64,000 bases of DNA, taken from contig CAVSGM010000011.1 in the NCBI GenBank assembly GCA_963727485.1, forward strand, positions 128,001 to 192,000. Direction: 5' to 3'. The position numbers and the translations under genes are program-made. The notes under the pieces are model-generated. The model ran no database searches. It was not told the origin of the DNA and worked only from the letters and a program-made list of their open reading frames with translations. Below, piece after piece: positions 20,507 through 33,782 of the stretch (position 1 is the stretch's first letter; each line of letters begins with the position of its first letter). This DNA is from an uncultured delta proteobacterium. GTDB lineage: Bacteria; Myxococcota; Myxococcia; SLRQ01.

Positions 20507-22212
20507 ATGGCGAGGTCGCGTTCCGCCGCCAAGGCGGCGTCCCAGGCGGACCTCTTCGCCGCGAAGGAGAAGCCGGTGGCGAAGAAGACGGTGGCCAGCA
20601 AGACCGCGCCGGAGGCCGCCCCCCGGCGCGCGGGCAAGGGCAAGCCCCGGCGGGGCCGCACCGCCGCGGAGATGGCCACGCGCCAGCGCGAGATCAGCGT
20701 CTCCGAGTTCTTCACCAAGAACCGCCACCTCCTCGGCTTCGACAGCCCCAGCCGGGCCCTGCTCACCGCGGTGAAGGAGGCGGTGGACAACGCCCTCGAC
20801 GCCTGCGAGGAGGCGGGGATCCTCCCGGACCTGGCGGTGGAGATCGTCGAGATCGACGAGAACCGCTACCGCATCAGCGTCGCGGACAACGGCCCGGGGA
20901 TCGTCAAGGCCCAGGTCCCGAGGATCTTCGGCAAGCTCCTCTACGGCTCCAAGTTCCACACCCTCAAGCAGAGCCGGGGGCAGCAGGGCATCGGGATCAG
21001 CGCCGCGGGGATGTACGGGCAGCTCACCACCGGCCGCCCGGTGGTCATCACCTCCAAGGTCCCGAAGCGCCCGGCCCACCACTTCGAGATCGTCCTCGAC
21101 ACCGCCAGGAACCAGCCGAAGATCCTCACCGAGGACACGGTGGAGTGGGACCAGGCGTCGGGCACCCGGGTGGAGATCGAGCTCGAGGGCACCTACCGCC
21201 GCGGCACCCGTTCGGTGGACGAGTACGTGACCCTCACGGCCATGGCGAACCCCCACGCTCGCGTCCGTTACAAGGCGCCGAAGGACGACGAGGTCGAGTT
21301 CCCCCGGCAGATCGACGAGCTGCCCGTGGAGGCCCGGGAGATCAAGCCGCACCCCTACGGCGTGGAGCTCGGCGTCCTCATCAAGATGCTCCAGACCACC
21401 AAGGCGAAGAACCTCGCCCCGGCGCTCTCCAAGGACTTCTCCCGGGTGAGCCCCAAGGTGGCCCAGGAGATCTGCAAGGTCGCCGGGCTCTCGCCGCGGA
21501 TGTGGGTGAGCCAGCTGACCACCGAGCAGGTCGAGGCCCTCTACAAGGCCATCCCCAAGGTGCGGATCCTGGCGCCGCCCACCAGCTGCCTCTCGCCCAT
21601 CGGCGAGGAGCAGATGCTTGCCGGGCTCCTCGCGGGCCTCAAGGCCCAGGGGCACGAGCCGGTGTTCTCCACCGCCACCACGCGCAGCCCCGCCATCTAC
21701 CGGGGCAACCCCTTCCAGGTGGAGGTGGCGCTCGCCTACGGCGGCAACCTCCCCGCCGACGACCTGGCGCAGCTCTACCGCTTCGCCAACCGGGTGCCGC
21801 TCCAGTACCAGCAGTCGGCCTGCGCCATCACCAAGGCGGTGATGGGCGCCGGGTGGCGCAACTACGGCCTCCAGCAGTCGCGCGGGGCCCTGCCCACCGG
21901 GCCGGTTCGCTCATGGTCCACATCGCCAGCGTCTGGGTGCCGTTCACCTCCGAGTCCAAGGAGGCCATCGCCTACTACCACGAGATCCTCAAGGAGCTGC
22001 GGCTCGCCCTCCAGGAGTGCGGGCGGCAGCTCGGGCGCTTCATCCGAAGGCGCAAGCGCGAGCTCGACGAGAACCGAAGCGCGCCACATCGAGACCTACA
22101 TCCCCACATCGGCGAGGCCCTGCAGGAGATCCTCGCCCTCACCGACAAGGACCGGGACGCCACGGTGGAAGAGCTCACGGGCATCCTCCACCGGTCCCGG
22201 AAGAACGGCTGA
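20507..22212 (+). CDS. top6B: DNA topoisomerase VI subunit B (frameshifts near 21910 and 22080)
   Basis: [71 protein letters not shown]. Confidence 0.95.
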
Positions 22213-23378
22213 TGGCACGCAAGAAGACCGGAAACGGCGGCGAGGACGCCCACGCCAAGGAGAAGGCCCGCCTCGACCAGGTGACGGTGAAGGCCATCGA
22301 CGGCGCCGCCGAGGCCATCCACGCGGCGGCGCACAAGAACCAGAAGCCCGAGCTGAAGTTCCCGGTGCGCTCGCTGTCCAACGTCAGCTACGACGCGAAG
22401 CGCGGCTACTTCGAGATCGGCCGGTCGCGGAAGGTCCGCACGCTGACTGAACACCGTCAAGGCCTTCGCCCAGACCCTCAGGCTGATGGCCCTCTCCAAG
22501 GAGCTGGTGGAGACCAACGACTTCGCCACCAAGCGAGACGCCTACTACCAGATCAAGAACTGGGGCGAGGCGAAGTTCGACGAGCAGACCGAGTCCGACG
22601 CGGTGATGGACGACATCGAGGCGATGTTCTCCGCTCGCGGCGTCTCCCGCGAGCAGCTGCGCTTCGTGCCCCGAGGAGCACGGCGGCGCGGTGGCCGGCG
22701 AGCTGGTGGTCATCGACCGCGACCTCGAGACCGGCGAGCCGCATCGAGCATCGACTGCACCCGCTTCGGCTCCGGCGCCTACACCATCCCCCACTCGGTG
22801 GAGCACCTGGAGTTCGAGACCAAGGCGAAGTTCATCCTCGCCATCGAGACCGGCGGTATGTTCCAGCGCCTGCCAGCCCACAAGTACTGGCGAGAAGGCG
22901 AACTGCATCCTCGTCTCCATGGGCGGCGTGCCGACGCGCGCCTGACCCGGCGCTTCATCCGCCGGCTCTCGGACGAGCCGCAAGATCCCGGTCTACGCCT
23001 TCGTCGACTGCGACCCCTACGGGATCAGCAACATCTACCGGACCCTCAAGGTCGGCTCGGGGAACGCGGCGCACATCAACCAGTTCTTCTGCGTGCCCCA
23101 GGCGCGCTTCCTCGGCGTGACGCCCCAGGACATCATCGACTTCGAGCTCCAGGACGCCACCCACCCGCTCCAGGACGTGGACATCAAGCGGGCCAAGGAC
23201 GCCCTGAAGAACGACCCGTTCTTCCAGCACCACAAGGCCTGGCAGAAGGCGCTCAACCAGACTGCTCAAGATGGGCGTCCGCGCCGAGCAGCAGGCCCTG
23301 GCGAAGTGGGGCCTCAACTACGTGATGGACGAGTACCTCCCCGAGAAGCTGGCGAACACCGGGCGGTTCCTGCCCTGA
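22212..23378 (+). CDS. top6A: DNA topoisomerase VI subunit A (Spo11-like; multiple apparent frameshifts)
   Basis: ATG overlaps the top6B stop; TKRDAYY (catalytic Tyr region), [32 protein letters not shown] motif, AEQQAL..WG. Confidence 0.92.
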
Positions 23379-23393
23379 CGAATGGAGGCGGCG

Positions 23394-24200
23394 ATGACGC
23401 GGTGGCTCTTGCTCTCCCTGTGCGTGGTGTCCCTCTCCGGCTGCAGGGCGGGCACCTCACCGGCCGGGGCGCCGCCGCGCCCGGCGGGGTCCTCGGCGAA
23501 GGCGGCGGCGGCCGAGAGGACCGCCGAGGGGGCGTCAGGCTCGGGGGCCAAGGCGCCTTCGGCGCACCTCGTCACCGCGGCCCCTGACGCCGGCCCCCCC
23601 GTCGCCCCGGACGCCGGCCCCGCCCCGAAGGGCGCGGCCCTCGACCCGGACCACTTCGTGGGCTTCTCCGGGGACGAGACCGAGTTCGCCTGGTCGAGCT
23701 ACTCCGACGGCGCCGGGTTCTACATCCTCACCCTCGTCGCCTCCACCACCGGCGCGCGGGTCACCGACCTGCCCCTCGACTCGCCGGCGGCGAAGGCCAA
23801 GGCCCGCTCGCTCCTCACCGGGCAGGGGTTCACCGCCACCCCGGTGCCCGCCGCCAAGGTGCTCCCGGCCGGGACCACCCTGAAGGTCACCGTCCCCGAT
23901 GGCGTGGTGAACGTCGCCCTGGTCCGGGGGGAAGGGCGGTCGCCCTCAGGGCCGGCAAGGACTTCCTCGAGACCTCAAAGCACTTCGGCGCGCCGAAGGC
24001 GACCCTCTGGGGCTTCTCGCCCAAGGGGACCTATGCGGCGGTGAAGCTCACCCAGAGCGGCGGCGCCGAGCTGGGGACCGCGGTCGCCTACCACGTGGTC
24101 GACGTGAAGGCGGGGTTGGAGCGTCTCGACGGGGCGCCGGCGAAGAAGTCGGCGGCGGGGGAAGGCGGCGGGCGGCCTCCCGCCCGTCCTCGACCGCCAA
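23394..24200 (+). CDS. Putative lipoprotein (frameshifted; 3' end uncertain)
   Basis: Lipobox LSGC after a hydrophobic signal; beta-rich domain (FVGFSGDETEFAWS; LWGFSPKG in a shifted frame). Confidence 0.55.
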
Positions 24201-24205
24201 GGGGC

Positions 24206-25642
24206 CTACCGCCGCGGGGTGTCGCCGACGAAGAAGGTCGACGCCACCAGGAACCCGGCCTCGCCGAGGCGGGCCGGGAGCGAGCGCAGGACCTGCTCGG
24301 CCTTCACCAGCTCGGTGAACGACTTGTGGGAGAGGGTCGCCAGGACCGTCTCCTCGGTGCACTCCGCCGAGGCGTTGGTGGGGATCCCGGTGAGGGCGGA
24401 GATGCACCCGAAGACCTGGCCCCGGCCGAGGCGGGCGCGGACCTGGGTCTGGCCGCCGCTGCGCCCGGTGATCGCCACCTCGCCCTTGACCACCAGCCAC
24501 ACCCCGTTGGTCACCTCGCCCACCGACACCACCGGCTGACGGGCGGGGTGGCGGTGCTGGCGGAAGCGGTGGGTGAGCTCGAGGCGGGTGGCGCGGTCGA
24601 GGTCCCGGAACCCCGCGGTGGTGCCCAGGAAGGTCTCGAGGAGGCGCTGGCGGTAGAAGGCGCCGATGGCCTTCTTGGAGGCGGGGTGGTCCTTCATCAC
24701 CTCGGCGAGGGCGTGGTGGGTGACCTCGAAGACCACCGACGGCGCCCGGGCGCGGACGGTGGCGTTGCGTCGGCGCCCGGAGTAGAGGCCGAGCACCCCG
24801 GCCACCTGGCCCTCGCCGAGGACCGCGAGGAGCGAGTCGCGGCCCCCGCGGCCGGTGATGGCCTCGAGCTCGCCCTCGGCGACGATGAAGAAGCTGCGGG
24901 CGCCGGCGCCCTCCTCGAAGAGGAGGTCCCCGTCCTCGAGGGTGAGGCGGGTCATGCCGGTGGCCAGCGTCATGAACGCCCCCTGGCCCAGGCTCCCCAG
25001 AAGCGGCACCTCGCCGAGGCGGGCGCCCTCGAGGGCGGCCCGGGCGTGCTCCGCCGACGCCGGCCGGGCGCGATCGCCGGTGTGGAGCTGCTCCTCGACC
25101 ACCTCGAGGGCGGCGTCGTCCTCGGCGTAGGCCTCCGGGGGGGGCGGGGGCGGCGCCTTGGCGCTCTTCGCGGCCTGGATCCGCTCGACCTCGGCGGGGT
25201 CGTCGAGGACCTGGAGGGCCTTCACGGAGGTGGCGGTGAACTCCCGGGGGATGCGCCCGACGACGGTGCCCTCCCGGGGCGCCTCGGCCAGGGGCACGGC
25301 GATGCGCCCGGCCCCGCCGGCGCCGGGGTTCTTGGCGTAGAGGCGCGCCATCTCCAGGAGCAGCTCGTGATCGTCGGGGGCGACCGCGAGCATCTCCTTG
25401 GCCAACGCCAGGGCCCGGAGCCCCTGTCCCCGATGGGAGAGCTCGTGGACCGCCACCCGGTACCAGCGCAGGGCGCGCTTCGGTTCGCCGAGGAGCCGGT
25501 GGGCCCGGGCCACCCGCACCATGGAGCGCAGATCCTCGGGGTGCCGCTTGAGAATCTTCTGCAGGCTCTTGAGGGCGCGGCGGAGGGTCGCCGGATCCGG
25601 CGGTGACGGCGCGTGGCGCTCGGCGGGGGTGGCAGGAGACAT
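24206..25642 (-). CDS. TPR plus tandem cyclic-nucleotide-binding-domain protein
   Basis: Two CAP-like domains (LFEEGAGARSFFIVAEG...RRNATVRA; VVSVGEVTNGVWLVVKG). Confidence 0.85.
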   Translation of the reverse strand: MSPATPAERHAPSPPDPATLRRALKSLQKILKRHPEDLRSMVRVARAHRLLGEPKRALRWYRVAVHELSHRGQGLRALALAKEMLAVAPDDHELLLEMARLYAKNPGAGGAGRIAVPLAEAPREGTVVGRIPREFTATSVKALQVLDDPAEVERIQAAKSAKAPPPPPPEAYAEDDAALEVVEEQLHTGDRARPASAEHARAALEGARLGEVPLLGSLGQGAFMTLATGMTRLTLEDGDLLFEEGAGARSFFIVAEGELEAITGRGGRDSLLAVLGEGQVAGVLGLYSGRRRNATVRARAPSVVFEVTHHALAEVMKDHPASKKAIGAFYRQRLLETFLGTTAGFRDLDRATRLELTHRFRQHRHPARQPVVSVGEVTNGVWLVVKGEVAITGRSGGQTQVRARLGRGQVFGCISALTGIPTNASAECTEETVLATLSHKSFTELVKAEQVLRSLPARLGEAGFLVASTFFVGDTPRR

Positions 25643-25756
25643 CGCGGTGCGATCGTATCACGGCGATCCCGGCGCCGCGACGGGGCGACGGTGCGAGGTC
25701 CGGCGCGCCGCCCCCGGGCCCGGGTCCAGTCCGGGGCGCGTCGGTCGCCTGGCCCG

Positions 25757-28112
25757 TCAGGGGGTGCCGGCGACCGCCGACCGCAGGGGCCCCGAGGGGG
25801 AGCTGCGCAGGCCCAGGTGGAGGTCGGCGTCGATGCCGCCGGTCCCCGGCGCCCCGTAAATCCAGGCGTAGGCCCGCGCCGCCGAGAGCACGGTGCGCAC
25901 GTAGGACCGGGTCTCGTCGAAGGGGATGACCTCCACGAAGGCGTCCACGGGCAGATCGCCCCAGCGGGCGAGCCACCAATCCACCGCGCCGGCCCCGGCG
26001 TTGTAGGCGGCCAGCGCCAGGACCTCGGAGCCGTGGAAGTGGCGCAGGAGCTTCTTGAGGTGCCAGGCCCCGAGCTCGAGGTTGTAGCGGGGATCGCAGA
26101 GCCGGCGCCGGGTGGGGTGGGGGAGCCGGAGGTCCCCGGCGGCGTCCCGGGCGGTGGGGAGGATGAGCTGGGTGAGGCCGTAGGCCGCGGCGCCGGAGCG
26201 CACGCAGGTGCGCCATCCGCTCTCCCGGAGCACCAGGCCGTCGACCAGCCAGGGCGAGAGGTGGAAGCGCCGCGCCATCCGGGTGACCACGTCCACGTGG
26301 TAGCGGGGGAAGGCCTGGTGCCAGGCGCGCTCGCGCTGTGCCGGCGAGAGGCCGCCGGGGTGGCGCATCACCGCCTCGCGGTAGAGGGACCGGGCGGCGG
26401 CGGTGCGGTGGAGGCCGGCGAGGAGGTCGGCGGCGACCAGGAGGTCGCGGCCCCGCACCCGCCGGACCCGCCCGGTGAGGAACGGGGTCAGCTCCAGGGT
26501 GGCGGCGCGGACCCAGCCGAGGTGGGCCGCCTGCCGGGCGCGGCGGAGGCGGGGGCCCGGGGGCCGGCGGACCTCGGAGCTGGGCGGGGTGGGCAAAAGC
26601 GACACCGCCGCGGCGCCGGCGAGGTGCGCCCGGGAGAGCGCCGCGTAGTACGAGAGGGGGTAGCGCGAGAGGATGGCCCGGTAGCCCGCCTGGGCGGCGG
26701 CGATGTGCCCGGCGCGGCCCAGGGCCCGCGCCGACCAGTAGAGGCTCCGGGCGGCGGCGGTGATGGGGGCGGCGCCGCGCTCGGTCTCCCGGGCGGCGCG
26801 CGCCGGGGCCTCCTTGGCGGCGGTGGCGAAGAACTCGGCGGCGCGCGCGGCGTGGCCGAGGCGGAGCTGGACCCAGCCCATGAGGAAGAGGGCCCGGGGG
26901 CGCCTCGGGTCCACCGGGTTGAGGAGCAGGAACGCCCGGAGGTGGCGCCGCGCCGCGGTGTAGGCCCGGAGCCGGGCCTCCAGGGTGGCGGCGGCGAGGA
27001 GGGCCCTCGGGGCCAGGGGGTGGTCCGCGTGGTCCGCGGCCACGGCGGCGAAGGCCCGGGCGGCGGCGTGGTCCTGGCCCGCGGCCCGGGCGGCGACGCC
27101 CAGGGCGTAGGTGGCCCGGGCCGAGAGGTCGGTGTCCCCGGCGTGGGTGGCGCGGCGGGCGGCCTCGGCGAAGCGGGTCATGGCCTCGGGGTCGTGGCCG
27201 GCGCGGTGGGCGAGGCGGCCCCGGAGGAAGAGGATCGTCGCCCGGAGCGGCCGGGCCCGGGGCGTGGCCCGCGAGGCGGGCGAGGGCGGCGGCGCGGTGG
27301 CGGGTGGTGAGGGCCGCGGCGAGGTCGGACCAGGCCCGGGCGAGGTGCCGGTGGTGGTGGGCGTCGAGGACGGCGAGCCGGCCGGCGGCCCGGGCGGCCA
27401 CCGGGCCCCCGGGGTGGGCGAGGACCGCGGCCCGGAACGCCTGCGCCGCCCGGAACCGGTGGTCGAGGGCGGACTCGGCGCGGCCGAGGCGGAAGAGGAC
27501 CTCGTCGGCCCGGGGGGCGTCGGGGGTGTGGCGCCAGGGCCGCAGGGTCTTCGCCACCGCCTTGGCCTCGCCGAGGTCGAGGCGGACGTCGGCCAGGAGG
27601 AGCAGCGCGTCGAGGTGGAACCGGCTGTCCTCGGGGACCGCGGCGAGGACCTCCGAGGCCTTGGCGTCCTGGCCCAGGTGGTGGAGGGCGGCGCCGAGGT
27701 GGTAGCGCACCCGGTCGCGGAGGAGGGGCCCGGCGAGGAGGACGCCCTCGAGGTCCTCGACGGCGTCGGCCCAGCGCCGGGCCTGGTAGAGGGCCTCGGC
27801 CCGGAGGAAGCGCGCCTCGCGGCTCGCGGCGAGGGTGCCCGGGAGGTGGTCGAGGAGCGGGAGGGCGCGGCGGCCCTGGCCGCGGGCCACCAGGGCCGCG
27901 GGCCGGCGCAGGGCCGGGGCGAGGGGCGCCGGCGGGGTGTCGCCGAGGTCGGGGGCCGCCAGCGGGACCAGCGAGGGGGCGGCGAGGTCGGCGACGGCGC
28001 CGGCGCTCCCCGTCGGGCTCGCGGCCTGGGCGCAGAGGGGCCAGGCGGCGAGGACCACCGCGGCGAAGCGGCCAGTCCGGCGGGTGACACCTCTGCCTAC
28101 ACGGGACCACAT
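25757..28112 (-). CDS. Soluble lytic transglycosylase (SLT) with TPR repeats (frameshift near 27270)
   Basis: LRESG, AYGLTQL, NLELGAWHL, LAAYNAG, IPFDETRSYV. Confidence 0.9.
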
Positions 28113-28183
28113 GGTCCCGCGAGTATACGGATCGCGGTTTCCCGGCTCCAGTTTGCGGCGGCGGCGTTTCGGGCGGGCGGCCG

Positions 28184-28939
28184 TCAGCCCACCTCGACGA
28201 CCGGGCCGTCCACCGGCCGGGCCAGGGCCAGGCGGGCGCGGCGGAGGGCGTCGTCGAGGGCGGCCCGGCCGGCGTCGAGGCGGAAGGGTCCCGAGCGCGG
28301 GAGCTCGGGGAAGACCAGGGCCACCAGGCCCGGGCGCCGCGGGACCTGCACCGAGCGGGCGGTGCGCCAGGGCGAGCGGGAGGCGAGGTGGTGGTGGAGC
28401 ACCCGGGTGCCCTTTGCGACGCCGGCGAGGCCCGGCCGGTCGGAGACCCCGCCGTCGACGTGAGGCCGGCCGTCGATCCACACCGGCTGGAAGAGCACCG
28501 GCACCGCGCAGGAGGCGTGGATGGCCAGCGCCAGGTCGCCCTGGTCGAGGACCCGGGTGCGCCGCGCCAGGACGTCGTGGACCGAGACGGTCAGCGGCAC
28601 CCGGGCTCCGGCGAAGCGCCTGAGGGGGAGCACCGCGTGAAGCTTGTCCCGGAACCGGCGACCCCGGAGCAGGCCCAGGCCCGGGCGCGGGTCCCAGAAG
28701 TCGCGGCGGGTCAGGCCCCGGAGCTCGGTGGCGATGTCGCCGGCGTCGAGGCCCGCGGCGAAGAGCCCGCCGACCAGGGCCCCGGCGCTCGACCCGGTGA
28801 GGGCCGCCGGCGCGAGGCCCGCCTCCTCGAGGGCGAGGAGGACGCCGGTGTGGGCGAAGAAGCCGAAGAAGCCCGAGGAGAGCCCCAGGGTGAAGGGGCC
28901 CTCGGCGAGCCACTCGGCGAGGGTGGGGGCGGCGGCCAT
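28184..28939 (-). CDS. Patatin-like phospholipase
   Basis: [16 protein letters not shown] nucleophile elbow, DGG motif. Confidence 0.9.
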   Translation of the reverse strand: MAAAPTLAEWLAEGPFTLGLSSGFFGFFAHTGVLLALEEAGLAPAALTGSSAGALVGGLFAAGLDAGDIATELRGLTRRDFWDPRPGLGLLRGRRFRDKLHAVLPLRRFAGARVPLTVSVHDVLARRTRVLDQGDLALAIHASCAVPVLFQPVWIDGRPHVDGGVSDRPGLAGVAKGTRVLHHHLASRSPWRTARSVQVPRRPGLVALVFPELPRSGPFRLDAGRAALDDALRRARLALARPVDGPVVEVG

Positions 28940-28961
28940 GGCCGTCGAGGAGGCCCGCGGG

Positions 28962-30482
<1,521 letters not shown>

Positions 30483-30635
30483 GGGGGGGCTCCTTCGGGT
30501 CGGGTCCGTGGGGGGCCGCGCATCCTAGCAGCGGGCCCCGAGGGGGTCCAGACGGGCGCCGGGCGGGCGCCCCGGGGCGGGCGGCACCGGGCGCTACCAA
30601 GTGGCCTCCGCGTGGATAGAGTTGCCCGGCCCGCC

Positions 30636-31520
30636 ATGCCCCACGCCCTGGTCCACGCCGCCGCCGTCGACGATCTCGCCGCCGCCCCCGAGGCGCTCCC
30701 CCCGCACATCGCCGAGGCGCTGCGGGCCCACCGGCCCTACGCCCGGTTCGGGGCCCTGCTCCCGGACCTGCCCTGGTTCGCCCTGCCGTGGCGGCGCCTG
30801 GTGGACGTCGCCACCGGCCGGCCGCCGGCGCCGCCGCCCTTCGCGACCCTGCTCCACAACGGCGCCCCGGTGGCCCTGGGGCTGCGCCTCGCCGAGCTGG
30901 TCGCCGGCGCCTCGTTCGTGGGCCGGCGGCCGGGGCTGGCGGTGGTCGCCGGCTACTTCAGCCACCTCGCCCTCGACCGCACCTTCCGCCCCCCGGTCGC
31001 CGACCTGGTCCGCCGCGAGGCGATGCCCGGGGAGGCGCTGCACCAGGTCGAGCGCCGGGTGGACTGGCAGCAGGCCCTCTTCTTCCTCCGCCGGCGTGAG
31101 AACCGCGACGTCCTCGGCTGGTCGGGCCTCCCCGAGCGCCTGCAGGTGGTCAAGCGCCAGGGCTTCCCCGTCCGCGGGGTGGGGCGGGGCATCGGTCTGC
31201 TGGTGCGCACCGCCTGCGCGGACACCCTGGGCGTGGCGCCGTCGCCCTCGGATCTCGACGGCTGGGTGCGCGGGCTCTACCTCTACGGCCGCGCGCTGGG
31301 CGGGCCCCTGGGGCCGCGCTTCGGGCTCCCCAAGGACCTGGGGACCCTGCGGGCGCGGATCTACCGCGGCGAGGCCATCGACTTCGACGGGCTCTACCTG
31401 GCGGCGGTGGACCGGGCGCGGCACCACGTGCGCCGGGCGTGTCGGTACCTGACCGAGGCGGACTTCGGCCTGGACGCGCGCCGGGCGTTCTTCGAGGACG
31501 TGCCCGAGGGGGCGGCGTAG
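30636..31520 (+). CDS. Zinc-dependent phospholipase C-like family protein
   Basis: N-terminal MPHALVH, GALLPDL, GYFSHLALD pattern. Confidence 0.7.
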   Translation: MPHALVHAAAVDDLAAAPEALPPHIAEALRAHRPYARFGALLPDLPWFALPWRRLVDVATGRPPAPPPFATLLHNGAPVALGLRLAELVAGASFVGRRPGLAVVAGYFSHLALDRTFRPPVADLVRREAMPGEALHQVERRVDWQQALFFLRRRENRDVLGWSGLPERLQVVKRQGFPVRGVGRGIGLLVRTACADTLGVAPSPSDLDGWVRGLYLYGRALGGPLGPRFGLPKDLGTLRARIYRGEAIDFDGLYLAAVDRARHHVRRACRYLTEADFGLDARRAFFEDVPEGAA

Positions 31521-31894
31521 GCGTGCGGGGTGGGGTGGGGGTGCGTGGCGCGGGGGGCGGTGCGTCGCGTGGGGTGCGCGCCGCCCTGCACGGGCCGCTA
31601 CGCGCCCTCGAGGACGACCTGCGAGGTCTACGGGAGAGTCCGCCTTGCGCTCCACCTCAATAGATCAGCGGACATCCTACCGGGTCGGTCTGACACTCGT
31701 TTGGCGTTCCGCCATTCGGCAGCTTTTTGGACTGCCATCTGGCAAGCCAAGTCGGATTGTCGTTCGGCGCGCAGACCCTCGCCTGGCGCCGCCCGGCGCC
31801 GGCACCCCGCCCGCAACCTTGAGCCGCCTGGTCCCGGTGCCTAGCCTCGGAGACAACGGGGAGGGCCCGGGTGGGAGCGGCCTGGGGCAATCAG

Positions 31895-32626
31895 ATGCCG
31901 GCGCGTCCGGCCCGGAGGCGCGCTGCGGTCCGGCGCGGCGCGGCGATCGCCGTGTCCCTCGCCTTGACCGTGGGGCCCGCCCGAACCGGAAGGGCCGCCC
32001 CGCTCGAGGCCACGGCCCCCACGCCGCCCGCACCCGCGCCGCCCGCACCCGCGCCGCCCGTCCTCGCCCCCGTCCCCCTCCGCGTCCTCTCCACCGCCCC
32101 GGTCGCCATCGTCGTCCCGGCGGCGGCGGGCGCGCTCTACCTGCCCCTGGCCCTCACCTGGCGCCTCCACCCGGGCCTCGAGCTCCTCGTCGACGGCGCC
32201 TTCACCCGGGGCCCTTGGTTGGGCTGCGCCAGCCGGTCCACCGGGGGGTGGCTCTCGGTGGGGCTGGTGCGGATCTCGGCGCGGGGCACCGGGCCCCTGG
32301 TGGCGCTGAAGCTCACCGGGCGGGTGTTCGACACCCGCGGCGGGACGGCCAGCGGGTGGTTCGGGTGCAGCAGCGCCGACGTGGCGCTGCTCCAGGGCAC
32401 CGACGGCGAGGTCGGCGCCGGCGTGGACCTCGGATGGCGCTTCGCCTGGCGGCGGCTGGTGGTCGAGCCCCGCCTGGGGGTGGGCCTCGCCGTCTGCGCG
32501 AACTGCGTCGGCGGCTCGGCGTTCTTCGCGGGACCGGTGGTCCTCGGCGGCGACCGGACGCGCCGGTCCACCCGGGTGACGCTCACCCTGGACCTCGAGC
32601 TCCTACGCGTCGGGGTCCGGTTCTGA
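31895..32626 (+). CDS. Putative small outer-membrane beta-barrel protein
   Basis: Signal peptide, alternating beta strands, C-terminal LRVGVRF. Confidence 0.65.
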   Translation: MPARPARRRAAVRRGAAIAVSLALTVGPARTGRAAPLEATAPTPPAPAPPAPAPPVLAPVPLRVLSTAPVAIVVPAAAGALYLPLALTWRLHPGLELLVDGAFTRGPWLGCASRSTGGWLSVGLVRISARGTGPLVALKLTGRVFDTRGGTASGWFGCSSADVALLQGTDGEVGAGVDLGWRFAWRRLVVEPRLGVGLAVCANCVGGSAFFAGPVVLGGDRTRRSTRVTLTLDLELLRVGVRF

Positions 32627-33688
32627 GGCGGAGCCCCGCGCCGCGCCGCCGCCGGTCCCGGCCCCCACCGCGCGCGCCGGTCCGCGCACCGGGCGCCGGC
32701 CCGGGGGTGCGAGGTCGAGGTGGCGGGCGTAGGCACGGTGGACCGCCGCCGCCTCGGCGGCGAGGTCCCGGGCGAGGGGCTCGGGCGCGAGGACGATCAT
32801 GGCCGGGCCGAAGGCGCGGATGAAGCCCCGGAGCTCGGGGGTGTCGGTGACCGTGAGCTCGACCAGGGCCGAGCCGTCGGCCCGCCGCTGAAGGCGCTGG
32901 GTGGGGTGGAAGGGCGTCTCGGCGAGGACGTCGGCGGCGGCGCTGGAGACCTCGAGGCGCAGGGCCAGGGGCGGGCCGCCGGCGAAGACGCCCAGGGACT
33001 CGCGGAACCCGCTCTCGAGGTTGTGCTCCACCGGCGGCGGCTGGTGCGCCTGGCCCGGGGTGAGGACGCGGATGCGGTCGAGCCGGAGTGCGCGCGGGGT
33101 GCCGTCGAGGTCCTCGGCGACGAGGAGCAGGCCGTGGCGGTGGCGCCGGAGGCCCACGACGAAGACCTCGAGGTCCACGGGGCGCTGGCGGCCGAGGCCC
33201 TGGTAGCGCAGGTGGAGGCTGCGTCCGCTCCGGAGCGACGCGAGGATGTCGGCGAGGTGGGCCTCCCGGGCGGCGGGGTCGTCGGGGCCGTCGGCCGCCG
33301 GCGGGTCGGCGAGGACCGCGGCCACGGCGGCCACCTCGACCCCCGGCATCGTCGCCCGGAGCCGGGCCGCGGCCTCGGCGAGGGAGGCGGCGTAGGGTGC
33401 CGAGGTCTCGAGCTCGGTGGCCGCCATCCACACCGCCATCACCTCGGTGAGGGTCGGGGCTCGGGCGGGCTCCGCCGCCGGTGGGACCTCCAGGCGCCAG
33501 CGGGTGGTCGCCCCCTCCCGCTCGGGGACCAGGGGCAGTCCGGCGTCGCGAAGGGCCCCGAGGTCGCGATAGACGGTGCGCGCCGACACCCCGAGCGCCG
33601 CGGCCAGCTCGGCCGCCGAGGCGCCCCGCCGCCGAGCCTCCAGGTGCTCGACCAGGCGCCACCTTCGCTCACGGGGGTCGGATCGCAT
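32603..33688 (-). CDS. HTH-WYL-WCX transcriptional regulator (YafY/PafC-like)
   Basis: AAELAAALGVSARTVYRDL wHTH; RALRLDRI WYL-domain motif; HPTQ and FIRAFGP...VLAPEPL WCX region. Confidence 0.9.
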   Translation of the reverse strand: MRSDPRERRWRLVEHLEARRRGASAAELAAALGVSARTVYRDLGALRDAGLPLVPEREGATTRWRLEVPPAAEPARAPTLTEVMAVWMAATELETSAPYAASLAEAAARLRATMPGVEVAAVAAVLADPPAADGPDDPAAREAHLADILASLRSGRSLHLRYQGLGRQRPVDLEVFVVGLRRHRHGLLLVAEDLDGTPRALRLDRIRVLTPGQAHQPPPVEHNLESGFRESLGVFAGGPPLALRLEVSSAAADVLAETPFHPTQRLQRRADGSALVELTVTDTPELRGFIRAFGPAMIVLAPEPLARDLAAEAAAVHRAYARHLDLAPPGRRPVRGPARAVGAGTGGGAARGSASEPDPDA

Positions 33689-33709
33689 CGCACCACCATG
33701 CACCAACCT

Positions 33710-33728
33710 CGTGACGGATCCGGTCACG
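33710..33728. promoter_or_regulatory. Palindromic putative WYL-regulator operator
   Basis: Perfect inverted repeat CGTGAC-N7-GTCACG in the ~95-bp divergent intergenic region. Confidence 0.6.
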
Positions 33729-33782
33729 CGCAACCGCACGCGGGTCCCAGGGCGTGATAAACCTCGGGCATCCGGAGGATCC

